64,000 nucleotides of DNA from Lophium mytilinum (lineage: Eukaryota). The number at the start of each line of letters is the position of its first letter. The stretch's first letter is position 1. The notes below the pieces were generated by a model. It did no database searches and was not told the origin of the DNA. It was given only the letters and a program-made list of their open reading frames with translations. Positions 1 through 13,431 of this stretch are shown one piece after another. The stretch lies in contig MU004183.1 in assembly GCA_010093605.1 (NCBI GenBank), positions 2,046,001 through 2,110,000 of the forward strand, read 5' to 3'. The translations under genes were made by a program, and so were the position numbers.

Positions 1-3000
1 GACGGCAAGGTCGACAAAGTACAATCAAGCGTTTTGGAAATCCATCAAAAAGTGGGCATGACCAACGAGTACCTTCAGCATGCCAATGATGGAATCAAAA
101 TCGTGGACCAGAACATCACCGGAGTGAAGACCGAACTCAAGACCGAACTCCAGAAGATGACGGTGCTGTTCACTGAATCTATCAAAGAGACACAGAACCA
201 AAACTTGAGGGAAATATCTCGTCTTAAAGCCCAGGAACCACAGAAGACCCAGAAGAGTCATTCCAACAGCAAGATGGACGTCTCGGAAAAGAAACATGCT
301 GCGCTTGACGAGATCCGGAGAAACTTTAAAGCAAATTTGGTGGATTGGTCAGCTACTAGGGCCCAACTCAAAGCTCAAAGAAACGGCTTTCGAGAGGATA
401 TCGCCCCAGGGACCGCTAAGTGGCTGTCTAAAGATCAAAAGTTCACGGAATGGATCCAGGGTCCAAACCCGGTGCTATGGGTAACTGGCGGCGAGGGCAC
501 GGGGAAAAGCTTCCTAGCTTATGCAGCAGCAGAAGAATTGCGGAAGACATATGACGATCAGGACCGAACTTCAGTTGCCTACTTCTGCTTCAGAGAAGAA
601 GAGACCGGCCTCCAATCTATCGAGAACTGCCTTGCTAGCCTCGCTCTGCAGATCGCAGAGCACGATGGGAAATACCGCGATCAGTTGCGCGCCGAATTGA
701 AGCGTGAAACCGACGAAAACACATGGCAACGGTTCTTCGCCAATAGGTATACCGCAAAATCAGATGGTCGTATATTCCTGGTTCTAGATGGACTAGATGA
801 GTTGTCCAATCAAGAAAGCGAAGGAAGCTCAACCTTGATCAAGTACCTAACGCAACGCGATGAAGGAAACTTGCGTATTCGAATACTACTTTCATGTAGG
901 AGAACTCTTTCTTCCGCGATGGAAACTTTGAATCCGGAGGTCTTGGCATTGACAAGAGAAAACCTTTCTTCCGATATGACGCTCCTGATAAAATCCCGTT
1001 GCAACTCTCTGCCAAGGCTAAAGAAGTTTCCAAAGCCGGTACTTCGTGAAATCATGAAGAAAGTAAAGAGCCAAGCAGATGGTAAGTCAACTCTTCAGAC
1101 ACTTGAAGCAGCTAACGCCTTCTAGGAATGCTCTACATCGAGCACATGCTACGCCGTCTCAGTTACATCGGTCGCCAAGGTGCAGTACTGAAGGATATAG
1201 AGAAGAATCTTCCCGATAACTTGCAGGACCTGTACCAGCTACTTCTAGATGAATGTCACAGAGGAAGGACCGACGCGCAGTACAAGGCATTGAAGAGGCT
1301 CTTCGCGTGGCTCGCTTATTCCAAACGATCGTTGACCCTGGAAGAAGCTGAAGACTTGGTGAAGATGACTGTTCCAGATGGATCATTTGACGTTGAAGAT
1401 GAAATAATTGGGCGTTCAGCAAGGTAATTATTCAATCCCTTCTGTTCCATTTTGGGGTCGTCTTTAGTGGCTCGAAGCTGTTACAGGCATTTCAGATTGA
1501 AGAGTTTCACATTCCTGAGACATATTCGAGGCATCTCAGAACGTTACAGAAATGCTAATTATCCCCACAGGATTTTAGAACTCGCACGAACCGTTGATGA
1601 AGAAGAAGACGGTAACGACGAAGGGGACGACGATAGTGACAGCGCTATCGAAAAGGTCAATCTTGAGCAGCTGAGCAACGAGCAAGCTAGCTTGACTTTC
1701 CAAGAACGCTCTCTTCGGGAGTTCTTCAAAGCCGTTGACGTCGACGATACGGGCTTGCGCACACCCTCCTCTGCTGCCCACCTCACGATCTTCGATATGG
1801 CGACATCTACACTAGTCACCGCTGCGCAGAAGGACATCCGAAAAGAAGCACCTATCCTTTCTTCGTATGCTGCGAATTACTGGTATCATCATCTCATCGA
1901 AATTGACCTGGAAAACACTTCAGATGCTGAGACCATTCAGGTCCTCAATGCGCTTCAAAGTATTCTTAGCAACGCCTACAACGTCTCGCTAGTCATCGAA
2001 ACTTTTGCATTCTCTCATAAAGATACTTACCCGGATAGTGGCTCCGTCGAGAAGGTCACATGGATCGATACAATGATGAAATGGATTGCGAAAGGAGCAG
2101 GAATGAAGGACCTTGCTCTTCCTTCTGAGACTAGGGAATGGGTCTCTAGTATCTCGGAGAATCGTGCGGGCGTGCTGATCCCGTTAGCTCGTGGACATGT
2201 TAACAACTGGTATACGTCGAGAACTCGATGGACCATTAATTGGGGGTTTAGCTTTGCAAAGGCTGCTCTCGAAGTCGTAGGCACTGCCCAGCCTTTCTGG
2301 TTTGGACGTACAGCTAACGTGTGATAGTGGGAAACTCCAGATGAGAACATTCTCAACATTGCAAAAGTTCAGCAAGTGGTTGATCGCTTTCCGGACATTC
2401 GGGGTGGTGCCGGTGAAAAGAGAGCCATAGGAACCTTGCTGACCTGGGAGGACTCCGAAAAAGCAGTCGAATACCTCCGCGAGGCTTTTGATAGCTTCCC
2501 AGAGGATAGCACCAAGGACAAGTTCTGCTGTGGCTGGTTACTAGCTGATGCCTACGAAAATCTTGCTAAACGGGAAGAAGCGGTTGACGCTATCGACAAA
2601 GCACTTGCGACTCTTCCGCTGGACTGGAAGGAAGACACTGATTTTGTTGAATGGAAAGAATGGGTCCTTATTACGAAAGCCGAACTGTTGTCCGAACTTG
2701 AAAAGACACAAGATGCAATAGACGCGTACAACGAAGCAAGAACTGTCAATCCAAACAACACTATGGGCGGTTGGCGACTCAAACCTATGGCAAGTATTCT
2801 CAACCAGGATAACGATCCAGATGGGCGACGGCTGCTTGATATGCTGAGGTCGTGGACGACCCAGGAGAGACGCGAATATCTTGATTGGATTCTGCTTTTC
2901 ACCGACTCGGGTTCAGTTGAGGCAATCTGCCGATCCGCGAAGCTGAACGAAGACGAGGGGATAAAGTTCCTTGACGATGTTGTAAAGGACTACGAACAGT

Positions 3001-4394
3001 ATCGCCCAGCAAAGTCCCCCCGGATTATCTTTCTTCATTCAGAGCTTGCCGCTTTCTATGGCCAGGTGCTAGGCGATGAGAAGAAAGCCAAAGAAATGTA
3101 TCGCGATATTCTCACCACAACGGTCAAGGAGGAGGACCTAGAGCGGCTGCAATCTACCTTCTACTCCACGAGGTTGGGACTGGCAAACTTGATCTTCTCA
3201 GAATTTCTCTCCTCGACTGAGCCTACTCAGAAAGTTGCATTGCTGGAAGAGATGAGAGACCTCCCCGCAGGGTCCTTCGCGGAGGAATCCGAACGGGATC
3301 TTGACCAGTCGCACGTGAGCGTGATGCTAGCCATCATGCTACGCTCTCTAGGCCCTGCGATGGAGTATCAAGCACACATGCAGAAGGTCTTTCAGAAGTG
3401 CGTAAGCGGTCTCACTGATGCGGAAAGCTCGAATGATATGAGCAGTTTTCGGTTGCTTTCGAAGGTTCTGGCTTGTATGGAAGGGCTCGAAAGAGATGCT
3501 CTCATTGCTCTGTCGTGCCAGTTCTCTGTGACGAATCCGGAACTAAACCACAACGACAGCTCATCAAGCAAATCATCTGAGAACGGCGACGAAGCGGATG
3601 ATGCTGCTGCTCATACTAAGGAAGGTGACCAAGCTGAGTCACCAGGTGCCGAGCGCCCAATCAAAGATGAGCAGGCCGAAGCGCCGGGCATTGCAAGGAC
3701 CTATGAGGCGGACACCGCTGATGAAGCTGAAAGCAACGGAAGTACAGAAGAGAAACCAAATCCAGTCGAAAGCATCGTGATCACATCTACAACCACAACC
3801 ATAACAACACTGACGAACGACCCGAACTTCAAACTCGATACTACCGCTGGCGCAAGCGAAGAGACCCAGCATGTCCAAGTGGAAGGTGGCCCTGATGAAA
3901 GCACCAAGGCGGAAGCTGAATCAAACCCTACGGATTCCCTCGTGGGCTCAAGAGATCCACTCGAGGTTTCAGACGACGCGATGTCGACGGGTCCAAACAA
4001 TCCATCGCTACAAAGTTCACCCGACGAGGAGCTATGGGACTGCTACGTGTGGTGTGACGGCGGATGCGGTACTGGTCTAAACTCTTGGACCACGCCCGTG
4101 TTCTACTGCATCATCTGTGCGTGTACCGATCTATGCACGTCGTGCCATGCGAAGAGACTTGCTCAGAATCATGGCGAACCGGCTAACTCATGGAGAACAT
4201 TTTGCGGAAAGGATCACAAGTACATCAAAGGCCCTATCGAGGGCTGGAGGGGAGTGAAAGATGGTGTGATGCGCATAGGGGAAGAAGAAATTCCGTTTCA
4301 GGACTGGTTGAAGGATCTAGAAGAGAAGAGGTGGAAAGATGCGTGGACTACCTTCTGGAAGGGTGGTACTGGCGTCAAGGACATCGGCACCTGA
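1..4394 (+). CDS. NACHT (STAND) NTPase with TPR-like helical repeats and C-terminal ZZ-type zinc finger; fungal NLR-like protein, 5' end outside window
   Basis: Walker A GGEGTGKS, Walker B FLVLDGLDE, GTAKWL and AYFCF motifs in ORF 34-1125; ORFs 1128-1427, 1452-2324 and 2376-4394 join via GT-AG introns at about 1082-1125, 1424-1570 and 2277-2327; C-terminal CDGGC...CIIC..TDLCTSCH. Confidence 0.85.
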
Positions 4395-5067
4395 GTTCTA
4401 CCTTCATATAGTACTTGGTCTCTCCGGCTCTACTCTTACCTAAGCTAGCAGGCTCTAACTTAGTGCAAAGGTAGCCCAGCTCTCACAGTATCAATGTTCA
4501 CAGTTAGTAATAATAAACGGGTTGAAATGTATGGATATTTTACTACGTAGACTCTACTCTTGCTCGCTTGATACCACTGTAAGAAGAACGTTTAGTCCAC
4601 AGGTGATTGATCTCTGATGCATTGCCCTTCGCATTGTACATACTCACGTGATACTTTAGATGTTTTGAAGAGCTCGTATTTGGTGTAGAATGTCGTGGAA
4701 TGTGGTGAAAGTCTGCAGTCCCCGACGCCCGTCGTCCAGGCACCAGCGCTCTACAGTGTAGGTAGCCACATATTTCGTAGCCTGGCACGATTACACTACT
4801 CTATTAAACTGCTTAGCGCTGATGAGTCATCACTCGATTAGCGCCTGGACCCCAGGAGTAGTGATAGATGCGTGGACTTTAGGTCACCCTTCTTGTAATA
4901 AATGATCTGATTACGTGGTGGACTATTGCTAGCAATGATGAGGATAGCACATCCTAATACCACTCCCTTTTGTCCTGTGGACCAATGTAGGTCGGCAGTA
5001 GTGTCCATGCTTATCAAAAAGTCAATATTCGATTCTCTAGAATACCTATATCACAATCCTGAACGAC

Positions 5068-5271
5068 ATGGCCAATTGCGGCCTCAATTATCCACCGGTA
5101 CGCTATGCGGTCGTATATTACAACGCGAATGAGAAGCCTGTATCGATACAAACAGAATCCCATACTCTGACATCCACAGAAACGCTCCGAGTCTACCATT
5201 TCATCCAGCGAGCCCAAGCGAGCATCGCGCCTAACACCACGAGCAAAACACAAACGCCAGCAAGTGCCTGA
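5068..5271 (+). CDS. Putative 67-aa small protein (MANCGLNYPPVRYAVVYY...IQTESH)
   Basis: ATG in good context (GACATGG); resembles small fungal hypothetical proteins from memory only; palindromic ATGAGTCAT about 245 bp upstream. Confidence 0.4.
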   Translation: MANCGLNYPPVRYAVVYYNANEKPVSIQTESHTLTSTETLRVYHFIQRAQASIAPNTTSKTQTPASA

Positions 5272-5317
5272 AGCCACGCTAATCGATCAAGGTTCTAAAC
5301 ACGCCCCAATGAAGCCA

Positions 5318-8300
5318 CTACTTGGCAGTAACAGCCGCCATCCACTTCTGCTCGTCCTTCTTGTCGAAATGCAGGAGCATGCCTAGGACCGGTATCAATT
5401 GCTGCTGATACTTCTTATCCTTCTGCTCCAAGAACTGCAGGAGCACGTTCTTGAGGTAGACGTAATCTAGCGAGCTCGACCCGGCGGGTTCGGGCTGGCT
5501 AGATGGAGTGCGAGATTTGGGCATTGGAGAGCCGATCCGGCTGCGTGGAGAGGAGTCGATGGAGGACCGGGAGGATTGGACATTTGTGTCTAGCACCCTG
5601 TTTTTCGCGCCCTGAAGAGTTTTGAGCTCGTCGGTCATTGTCTATGAGGTATTAGTATATACAGATTAATGGAGACGTGCAAGAAATGCTTACCTTATTA
5701 GCTTTTTGCACCTTCTCCAGTCGATTTTGTAGCTCGTCGAACGTGCGCCGGAGATCTGATTTCTCTTTCTCCAGGTCGCGGGCTTGTTTCTCGCTGTCGT
5801 CTAATGCGTCACGAAGCTGGCTCATTGCTTGTCTGACCTCCGCGACCTCCTCGTTCGCCTGTGCAGTCTTGCGGTCTAGTTCCTCTTTCTGCCTCCGCAG
5901 CTCCTTCTCCGACGTTGCAAGGTCTTTCTTATCTTCGACAGCACGAGCGAGAGCCCTCTCAGCATCCCGAGCCTTGTGCTTGAGCTCCTCAAGCTCTCTA
6001 GCACGCCGTCGACCAAACGTGCTAGCTTGCTCCTCTGCTCGCTCTCGTTCCTCGATAGCCAAGTCTAGGCGTTCTTGCATCTCTCGTATTCTGGAGTCTG
6101 CGCGGCCTTGTGCATCTGCGAGTAGTCTCCGCATGGTTTCTCCTTCTCTGCTTCGTTCGCTCAAAAGCCGATGGGCGTCTGCCAGCTCCTCTTCGAGGCT
6201 CTCGCTTCTAGATCGGACCTCCTTCATCTGCGTGCCCATTTCTTGCGTTTGATCTTGCATGCTATTCATGAGATCCTGAGCACTGACATATTGCGCAGAC
6301 TTAAGCTGGATCTCGTCACGTAGGCTTTCGACGTCCCTAGTCAGCTTGGCAGCGTCCTGCTCCAAGTCTCGTAGTTTAGTACGCGACGCTCTCAACTCTT
6401 CCTGAGATTTGGCTAGATCCTTCATAAGTCTGTCTCTTGTTTCAACGGCTTCTTGGCGGTCGATCTCGGTTCTCTGTAGATCACGTTGGGCTTTCCTGTT
6501 TGTCTCCTCGAGTGCCAGGCGCTGACTTGTCTCTTGCTTGATCTTTTCGTTCAAAGATCTGATGTCACCGTCTTTATCGTTCATCTCTGATTTATATGTC
6601 GCAATCTCAGACCTGAGATCCTTCTCCCGGATTTCTAGTCGGCGGATGTCAGCTGATCTAGCTATCAATTCCTCCTTTGTTCCTCTAAGTTCGGCAACCT
6701 CACTACGGAGCGACATCAGCTCGGGTTGCGCTTTTTGAAGAATTTCGCGCATGTCGGTAAGGTCTTTGTATCTTGATGTAGCGAGCTGCTGGGCCACTGA
6801 TAGATCAGTCTGAAGCGAGTCTGCCTTCTGTTTCAACTCCTCAAATTCGAAGGTCAAGCTTTGATGCGCTTTTTCGGAGCTGGCGTTCGATGCGTGACTA
6901 GTGCGTAGTTCCGCTATCTCCCTCTCTAACTCATGCATCCCCTCTTCCAGAGCTTTCTTCTCGGCCTCTAGCTCCTTGATCTTGTCCTTTGCTTCAACAT
7001 GCCCTTGTCCGATATCGAGCATCCCTTCTTTGAGTGTTTCGATCTCCTCTTCGAGAGCCTCCTGGTCTTTGATCTTCTTTTGAATTACGTTCATCGAGTT
7101 CTCCTTCTCAGCAACCTCGATCTGTAGACGTTCGATAGCAGCGTCCTTTGCAGACACTTCCTCGTTGAGTATCGCGAGCAGCTTTTGAGCGTCTTCCCAC
7201 TGTGCTGTCGTGATGTTAGAGGATTCCGGAGCAGATTGGCCTTTCACCTCGACACTCTCCGGTGTTATGATTCCTTCGGTTGGCAGATTGGGACTAGGTG
7301 CCTTGCCTCCCTTCTTCTTCTTCTTATTTTTCTTTTTGGACGGGGCACTCTCATCTGCCTTTGAAGTGGCCTCGGCGACCTCCAGAGTTGGCTCCGCCTG
7401 ATTTTGGACAGCTTCGGCGTCCTTCTGGGCTTGTTCGAGCTTGGAAACAGCACTGTCCTTCTGCAATTGCATGTCTTTCAGCTGACCTCGCAGCGTGTTG
7501 ACTAGATTGTTCAGTGTAGTACCGCGCTTCTCAGCTTTAGTATGCGCTTCACGCAAACCTGCGAGGTCGGCCTCCAACGCCTCCACCTGAACTCGAAGCT
7601 GATCTTGCTGGTCGTTTCCAATCATTTTCTCTCCTTCAGCGGAGTGCAGCTCCTCTAACTCTAAGCTGGCCTTCTCGAGCTGGGTCTGGAGATCCTTAAC
7701 AGAAGCTTCGTGCTCTATTTGCAGAGTCTCTCGCATTCGAAGCTCCTCCTCGGCCTTTTGTAATTTGGTCTTTAGGTCATCGGTGGTAGTCTCGAGAGAC
7801 TTACATTGGTCGCTCAACTCTCGGCTCGAGCGTTCTGTGGTGTCCTTGCACGTCTGTAGGTCCATTGTGGCAGTTTCCAGATTCTGAACCAAATGTTCTG
7901 CTGACTCTTTGGCAACGGCTAAATCGGTCTTTAGTGTATTGTTCTCCTTTTGGAGGTCCTCAATCTTGTCTTCCCGCTCCTGTAATTGTGATTGTAAACG
8001 CGGTAGCTCACTGTCGTAGGAGAAAAATTCCTCGCTCTCTTCAACCGTATCCGAAACCTTTCGTGGAGAAGTAGGATTATCGTCATCCGTAGCTTGGGTT
8101 GCGTTGTCATCGTCCCCTGCGGTCGCCTTAGTAGCATGACTTTCAGTGATTTCCGCCTTCAACTTTGTAACCTCGTCCGACGCCTCCTTAGCCCTCTTCT
8201 CTGCCTCCTCATATTTCTTGTTGAGCTCGTCCCGCTCTCTTGAAACGCGCTTGAGTTCATCCATGATCATGTCACCCTTCTGGTTTATTTGGTTGAGGTA

Positions 8301-8987
8301 TTCAACGAATGCGCTGGGCTCGGTGATCGAGGTCAGAGGTGTGTTTTCGCGGAGAGACGCTTCGAAGGACTCGATTGCGCCAACTCTAGCATGGGCTATG
8401 CGGTAGGATCGTAAGAGCTCTACCAGGTCGTTATTAGAAGTGTGGAGAAAACAGGGGCGGATCATCATACCTGAATACTTCGGCTCAAGTTTGTCAAGTT
8501 TTCGAAGCCTAGCTTGTATTTCTGGAGGTATCTCATCCTGTGCCTTCTCCTTGGGAGCTTCCTTGGGACTCTTCTCTGGCTCCTTGCCATTGGTCTCGTT
8601 CTCCTTTCCAGCCTCCTCGGTCGACTCCACAGGTTCTGGCTTCTCCTTGGGCTTCGGCGTCCCAACGCGACTCGGTTCCTCATCCTCTCCTATAACGAAT
8701 TCAGGGTCAAACTCTGAGGGATCAGGGCCCTTTCCCTGGGGCGCCTTGCTTCCATTGTCTTGATCTTTGGACCGCGCGGTTCGTTTGGAAGGGGATAGAG
8801 TTCGGGCACCGGCGGAGCGTCGGGCGGAGGAGCTAGATCGGGAGGGCGACTGGGACGAGGGTGATTTCTGCTTCGCTTGCTCCTCTGCTATTCGAGCATC
8901 TATGGCTCCTTTGATGCGCTGAAAGTTTGTCAATTGCGGCTCTCTGAAATGTAGGGGCGTTTGAGGTACCTGGAGGCCTTGGAACAT
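5318..8987 (-). CDS. IMH1: GRIP-domain coiled-coil golgin (Imh1-like)
   Basis: N-terminus MFQ..RIKGAIDARIAEEQ, long coiled coil, C-terminal GRIP motif YLKNVLLQFLEQKD...LIPVLGMLLHF; introns about 8969-8919, 8470-8420 and 5693-5642. Confidence 0.9.
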
Positions 8988-9235
8988 AATGAGGGAGCGA
9001 CTATGGGCGCACAATCTCCAGTATTTATCTTCGAGTCAATCCCATAGCGTGGAGAGGTTGTATGTGGCTTCTTACTCAAACACCGCTGAGCCCGGTGATG
9101 CTCTGACGGCGCTAGTAGATCACGTGCTGTGGATCCTCCGCACCCCTGTCACTTTAGTAGTTTTCGCGAGCAAAAAATGCAGCTCCAACAGTCAGCCTTC
9201 CTTCTTCACGTCGCATACAAGATTCGACCGAAGCC

Positions 9236-10671
9236 ATGACGACTTTCCAGATTGGGCTGCCGCTGCCAGTCCTTTCAGCGGACTGGTCTGCCCCGACCGA
9301 GTCGAAGACTCTCACAGCTGCGACCGATCGCAACATCGAGCCTGTTGGCCCGCACTTCCTCGCGCATGCCCGGAGGGTAAGGTAGACTCATTCAGCAGAG
9401 GAAGACAGTACTGATGCATCTCCCATTATAGAAGCGACACAAGCGCACCTTCTCCGAGGATGACCGCATCCAGGCTCAAACCAACGTCAAGAAGGTTGAG
9501 GATGAAGATGCTGGGGAAATCAGCGAGCCAGAGGATCCTTTGATGCTCTCCAGAGATGCGAAAGACTGGAAGGTACGCGACGTGTTACTTTGGTAATTTC
9601 TAGACATATGATCTAACATCGTCTTAGGGACAAGATCACTACGCTGTCCTCGGATTGTCGAAGTACCGGTTCAAAGCTACCGAGGACCAGATCAAGCGTG
9701 CCCACCGCAAGAAGGTTTTAAAGCATCACCCTGACAAGAAGGCCGCCGCCGGTGGCACCGAGGACGACTCGTTCTTCAAGTGTATCCAGAAAGCCACGGA
9801 AATTCTCTCCGATCCCGTCAAGCGTCGCCAATTCGACTCCTGTGACGAGAACGCCGACGTTGAGCCACCCTCTAAGAAGGAAACGCAAAAGGGCAACTTC
9901 TACAAGCTATGGGGCAAGGTGTTTGAGGCCGAGGGCCGCTTCTCGAGAAACCAGCCCGTGCCTAAGCTTGGCAACGACAAGAGCACCAAGCCGGACGTGG
10001 AGCATTTCTACAACTTCTGGTATAACTTTGACAGCTGGAGGTCCTTCGAGTACCAGGACGAGGATGTCCCCGATGACAACGAGAACCGAGACCAGAAGCG
10101 TCACGTGGAGAGGAAGAACCAGAATGCTCGTAGGAAGAAGAAGACGGAGGATACTGCCCGCCTACGGAAGCTGGTGGATGATGCTCTGGCGCTGGACGAA
10201 CGAATCAAGAAGTTCCGCCAAGCCGAGCACGCACAGAAAAACAAGAAGCGGCTGGAGAAGGAGGCTGCGGCCAAACGCGAGGCGGAAGAAGCGGCAAAGG
10301 CTAAGGAAGAGGAGGCCAAGCTGAAGGCCGAGCAGGAGGTCGCCGAAAAGGCCGCGAAGGCTGACGGCAAGAAGGCTAAGGAAGCAGCCAAGAACGCCGC
10401 AAAGAAGAACAAGAGAGTGGTGCGTGGCGCCACAAAAGAGGCGAATTACTTCCACAGCGGAGGAGCTGCTACTGCGGCTCAGATCGACTCTGCGTTGAAC
10501 GACACCGACCTGATCATCACGAAGATCGACAACGAGGAGCTCGCTGCGTTAACCGCGAAGCTCAATGGGAAGAAGGATCCCACAGAGATCAAGCAGATAT
10601 TCTTGGACGAGGTCAAAGGGCTCGTTAGTGCTGGCAAGCTGAAGGAGGGCGAGGCCAAGTCACTGGCATGA
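9236..10671 (+). CDS. ZUO1: Zuotin, ribosome-associated J-domain chaperone (RAC subunit)
   Basis: Exon 1 MTTFQ...IEPVGPHFLAHARR, KDWK/QDHYAVLGL, J-domain HHPDKK, FYNFWYNFDSWRSFEY; introns 9377-9431 and 9573-9627. Confidence 0.96.
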
Positions 10672-11852
10672 TTGCGGGTAGTGTTTGATTGAGATTTGAT
10701 AGATAGATTGGGCAACTGGACTTGGTGTTGGAATGAATGCCTTCTTGTCAAACGGCTTGCTGCTTTGCAAGTGCTCGTGTTTGCTTGTTGCTTTGTAGAC
10801 CACCATGATTCCTCGCCGCTATGTTACGGCTACTGACTCAACCTGCCTTTTACGGCTGTGAGTTGTTCTAATGATATGCCAATGCTGAGTCTGGATAGCA
10901 CAGACTGGCTCCTATATACACCTTGCCAAATTGACATTCACGTAATCACAGAGTCTGTGAGGGTATCTATTAGCCAACATCTCGTATTGATATGGATTAG
11001 CATTTTCAGAAAGTAGTGTGTTGGTTACAGTAGACTGACGCCCGGTCATTCACAGCAGTTCCCACCAATCAATTAGAGATGCTCAAGCCGCAGTTACACA
11101 CGTCCCAGTCTATATGCAGAGCTAAGAGTTGCCCATTCCGTCATCTCATCACGCCCACATGCATGCAGCTCTCTTATCGGTTCGTGATGGGGATTAGTGT
11201 GCATATCAGTCTGCATATGCCTCCCAACCCTCAGCCATCGACTATGCTATCGACTACCTATACTAGGCTGGGCCTTGGCTGGGATTGATTGCTTTGTGTG
11301 CGCCGTAGTGCGGAGAAAGAGCCTATTCACCGTTTGACTCTCGTGTGCTCTCCAGGGCGACGGGCACTCCGACTGCAGCACCATCGCTCACTGCGTCTAA
11401 TAAGCATTTCCCACAGCGCGCCGAGAGGCTCCAAGGTCGCTCCCCTGCCCACAGTAGCCAGCCAGAATGGACAAGGCATCGCAGCCAAGAGGTCTTGGTT
11501 CGCCCCGGAATAGCTGTGACTGCGTGCGTTGCCCTTAACTGAGCAGATCGCCCCCCAGGACCGCACTGCAGCAGCACCTCCGCCGCCTCTGCATCGTCAC
11601 TGCAACTTCGTCCGACGAGCGTCTTCACCGATCGTAAACCCCCACTCCGGCGTGGAAGCTCTCCGCCCTCTCCGCACTGCTCTTCGCCGTCCACGACATT
11701 CTTCTGCAGCTCTTCGCCTGTGAGAAGGCTCCACGCGCGCCAGGGTCGTCCGCAAGCGGGCAAGACCCCAGATTGCCTTTTGACGGCGACGGGATACTCG
11801 TTACGATCGCGTGCCTCCATCAACTGCCTGGAAATACCAATCGGAAATCAGG

Positions 11853-13431
11853 ATGGGCAAGTCCCCCACGCCCTCCCCAACTTCTGCACCCGTTGGCGCC
11901 CTCAAAGCCTCATCACAGGCTGCTGCTGTGCCTGCTGCTCCCACGCAGCTGCCCGTGAGCCCTCTGTTGCGGCCCGCTCTAGGCGATGAGACACACGATG
12001 CACGACGGCCCTCCATCCAGTTCATCCCGCACATTCAGGTCGGCCTGCCCCAGGGCCTTCCGAAGGCTGGCCGCCTGCAACGGCGGATGTCGTCGCCGCC
12101 GCCTCCTCCGTAAGTATAAATTCACACAAGACTGCCCCTCCTCCTCTCGCAGTGTGATGTCACTGGTACCTACCCCTCATAGCTCATACACAGGGACATC
12201 TAAGAGCGGGATGGCCGAGTATGGCTCACTAGCCTTGGTGTGGCTGCTAAGAGATACATATATTGGCGTCTTGCCTGCCGCTTTTCTCGCGCTGCGCTCA
12301 ATTGGACCATACTAATAGCCTGTCTAGTCTTTTCCAGCCCCGAGTCTCTTTTGACACCTTCGACCGACCTGCAGACTTCATAGAAGAGAATTCATTCACT
12401 CTGATCACGAAACACAAAGACTACGAATACACGAAGCGCTCGCGGACGTTTCTGTGCGGATTAGACTCCAATGACTACTCCGAGTACGCGCTGCAATGGC
12501 TCATCGACGAACTGGTCGACGATGGAGACGAGATTGTGTGTCTGCGGGTGGTGGAACTGGACTCAAAGGTCGCAGCAGACTCCAGTATCGAGACTGGCAA
12601 ATACCGCAAGGAGGCCGAGCTACTGATGAAGCACATTCAAACTAAGAATGAGGACAATAAGGCTATCAATCTGATATTGGAGTTCTCCTTGGGGAAGGTG
12701 AACAAGGTCATTGACGAAATGGTATGTCTGATTCGGTACCTGTTGAAACGTAGCTAATTGCGTAGATCAATCTCTACGAGCCAGCGATTCTCGTTGTTGG
12801 CACTCGTGGTCGAAGTCTGGGCGGTTTTCAGGGCTTGCTACCAGGTTCAGTGTCGAAATACTGTCTACAGCACTCTCCGGTTCCGGTCATTGTCGTTCGA
12901 CCGAGCACCAAACGAGATAAGGCGAAACAGAAGCGCAAGGCTGATGGACGCCATGCGTACAAGGACATTTTGGACAAGGCGGCTCCTACGACAGGCCACA
13001 TCCTCAATATGAACCATAGAAATAGTTTCATCGAGGAGGAGAATCTGCCAGCGTCGGATGATGAGGCTGGTGCGGTCGCTGCAGCCATTGGATACAAGCC
13101 TCCTCGAGAGACTGTTCACCCGCTAGCACATGTCCAGACTGCCCCTGGAAGTCTGGATTCGCCCGAGCTAAGAAGTGAACATGAGGGTGATTTTTCACCG
13201 GACGATTTCCGAGATCAAGGAGTTGTCATGAAGAGCCCCCATTTACAGAATCTAGAAAGTCCACCATTGAGCGACGTCAGCAGCAGCGACGATGAAAATG
13301 GTCCCGAAGGAGGCGTTCCAATGGACCCTGAAGATTCTCCTGACGAGTCCGCGAAGCCAGCTGCTTCCAAGGCTGCGGAGAGAACTTCAGCAGAGTTCGT
13401 GGAGCCAGACGATACACCAACGACCATCTGA
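11853..13431 (+). CDS. Universal stress protein (USP) domain protein
   Basis: RTFLCGLDSNDYSEYALQWLIDELVDDGDEIVCLRVV, VVGTRGRSLGG and GSVSKYCLQHSPVPVIVVRP motifs; introns about 12110-12327 and 12722-12765. Confidence 0.88.

Noticed and set aside
5677..8763. Many plus-strand ORFs opposite IMH1, and similar shadow ORFs opposite AAR2, ZUO1, the monooxygenase and the 57-60 kb genes
   Set aside because: Antisense shadows of biased codon usage; Ser/Leu-rich translations with no motifs
10800..10895. ATGATT...CTGA...ATGATA...CTGA pattern resembling a box C/D snoRNA
   Set aside because: Imperfect box C, no recognisable rRNA complementarity; probably ZUO1 3' UTR
12110..12327. Long USP intron with a GATGTC/GACATC stem and ACA triplet, possible H/ACA snoRNA
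   Set aside because: No convincing H box or second hairpin by eye; would need an Infernal or snoGPS search
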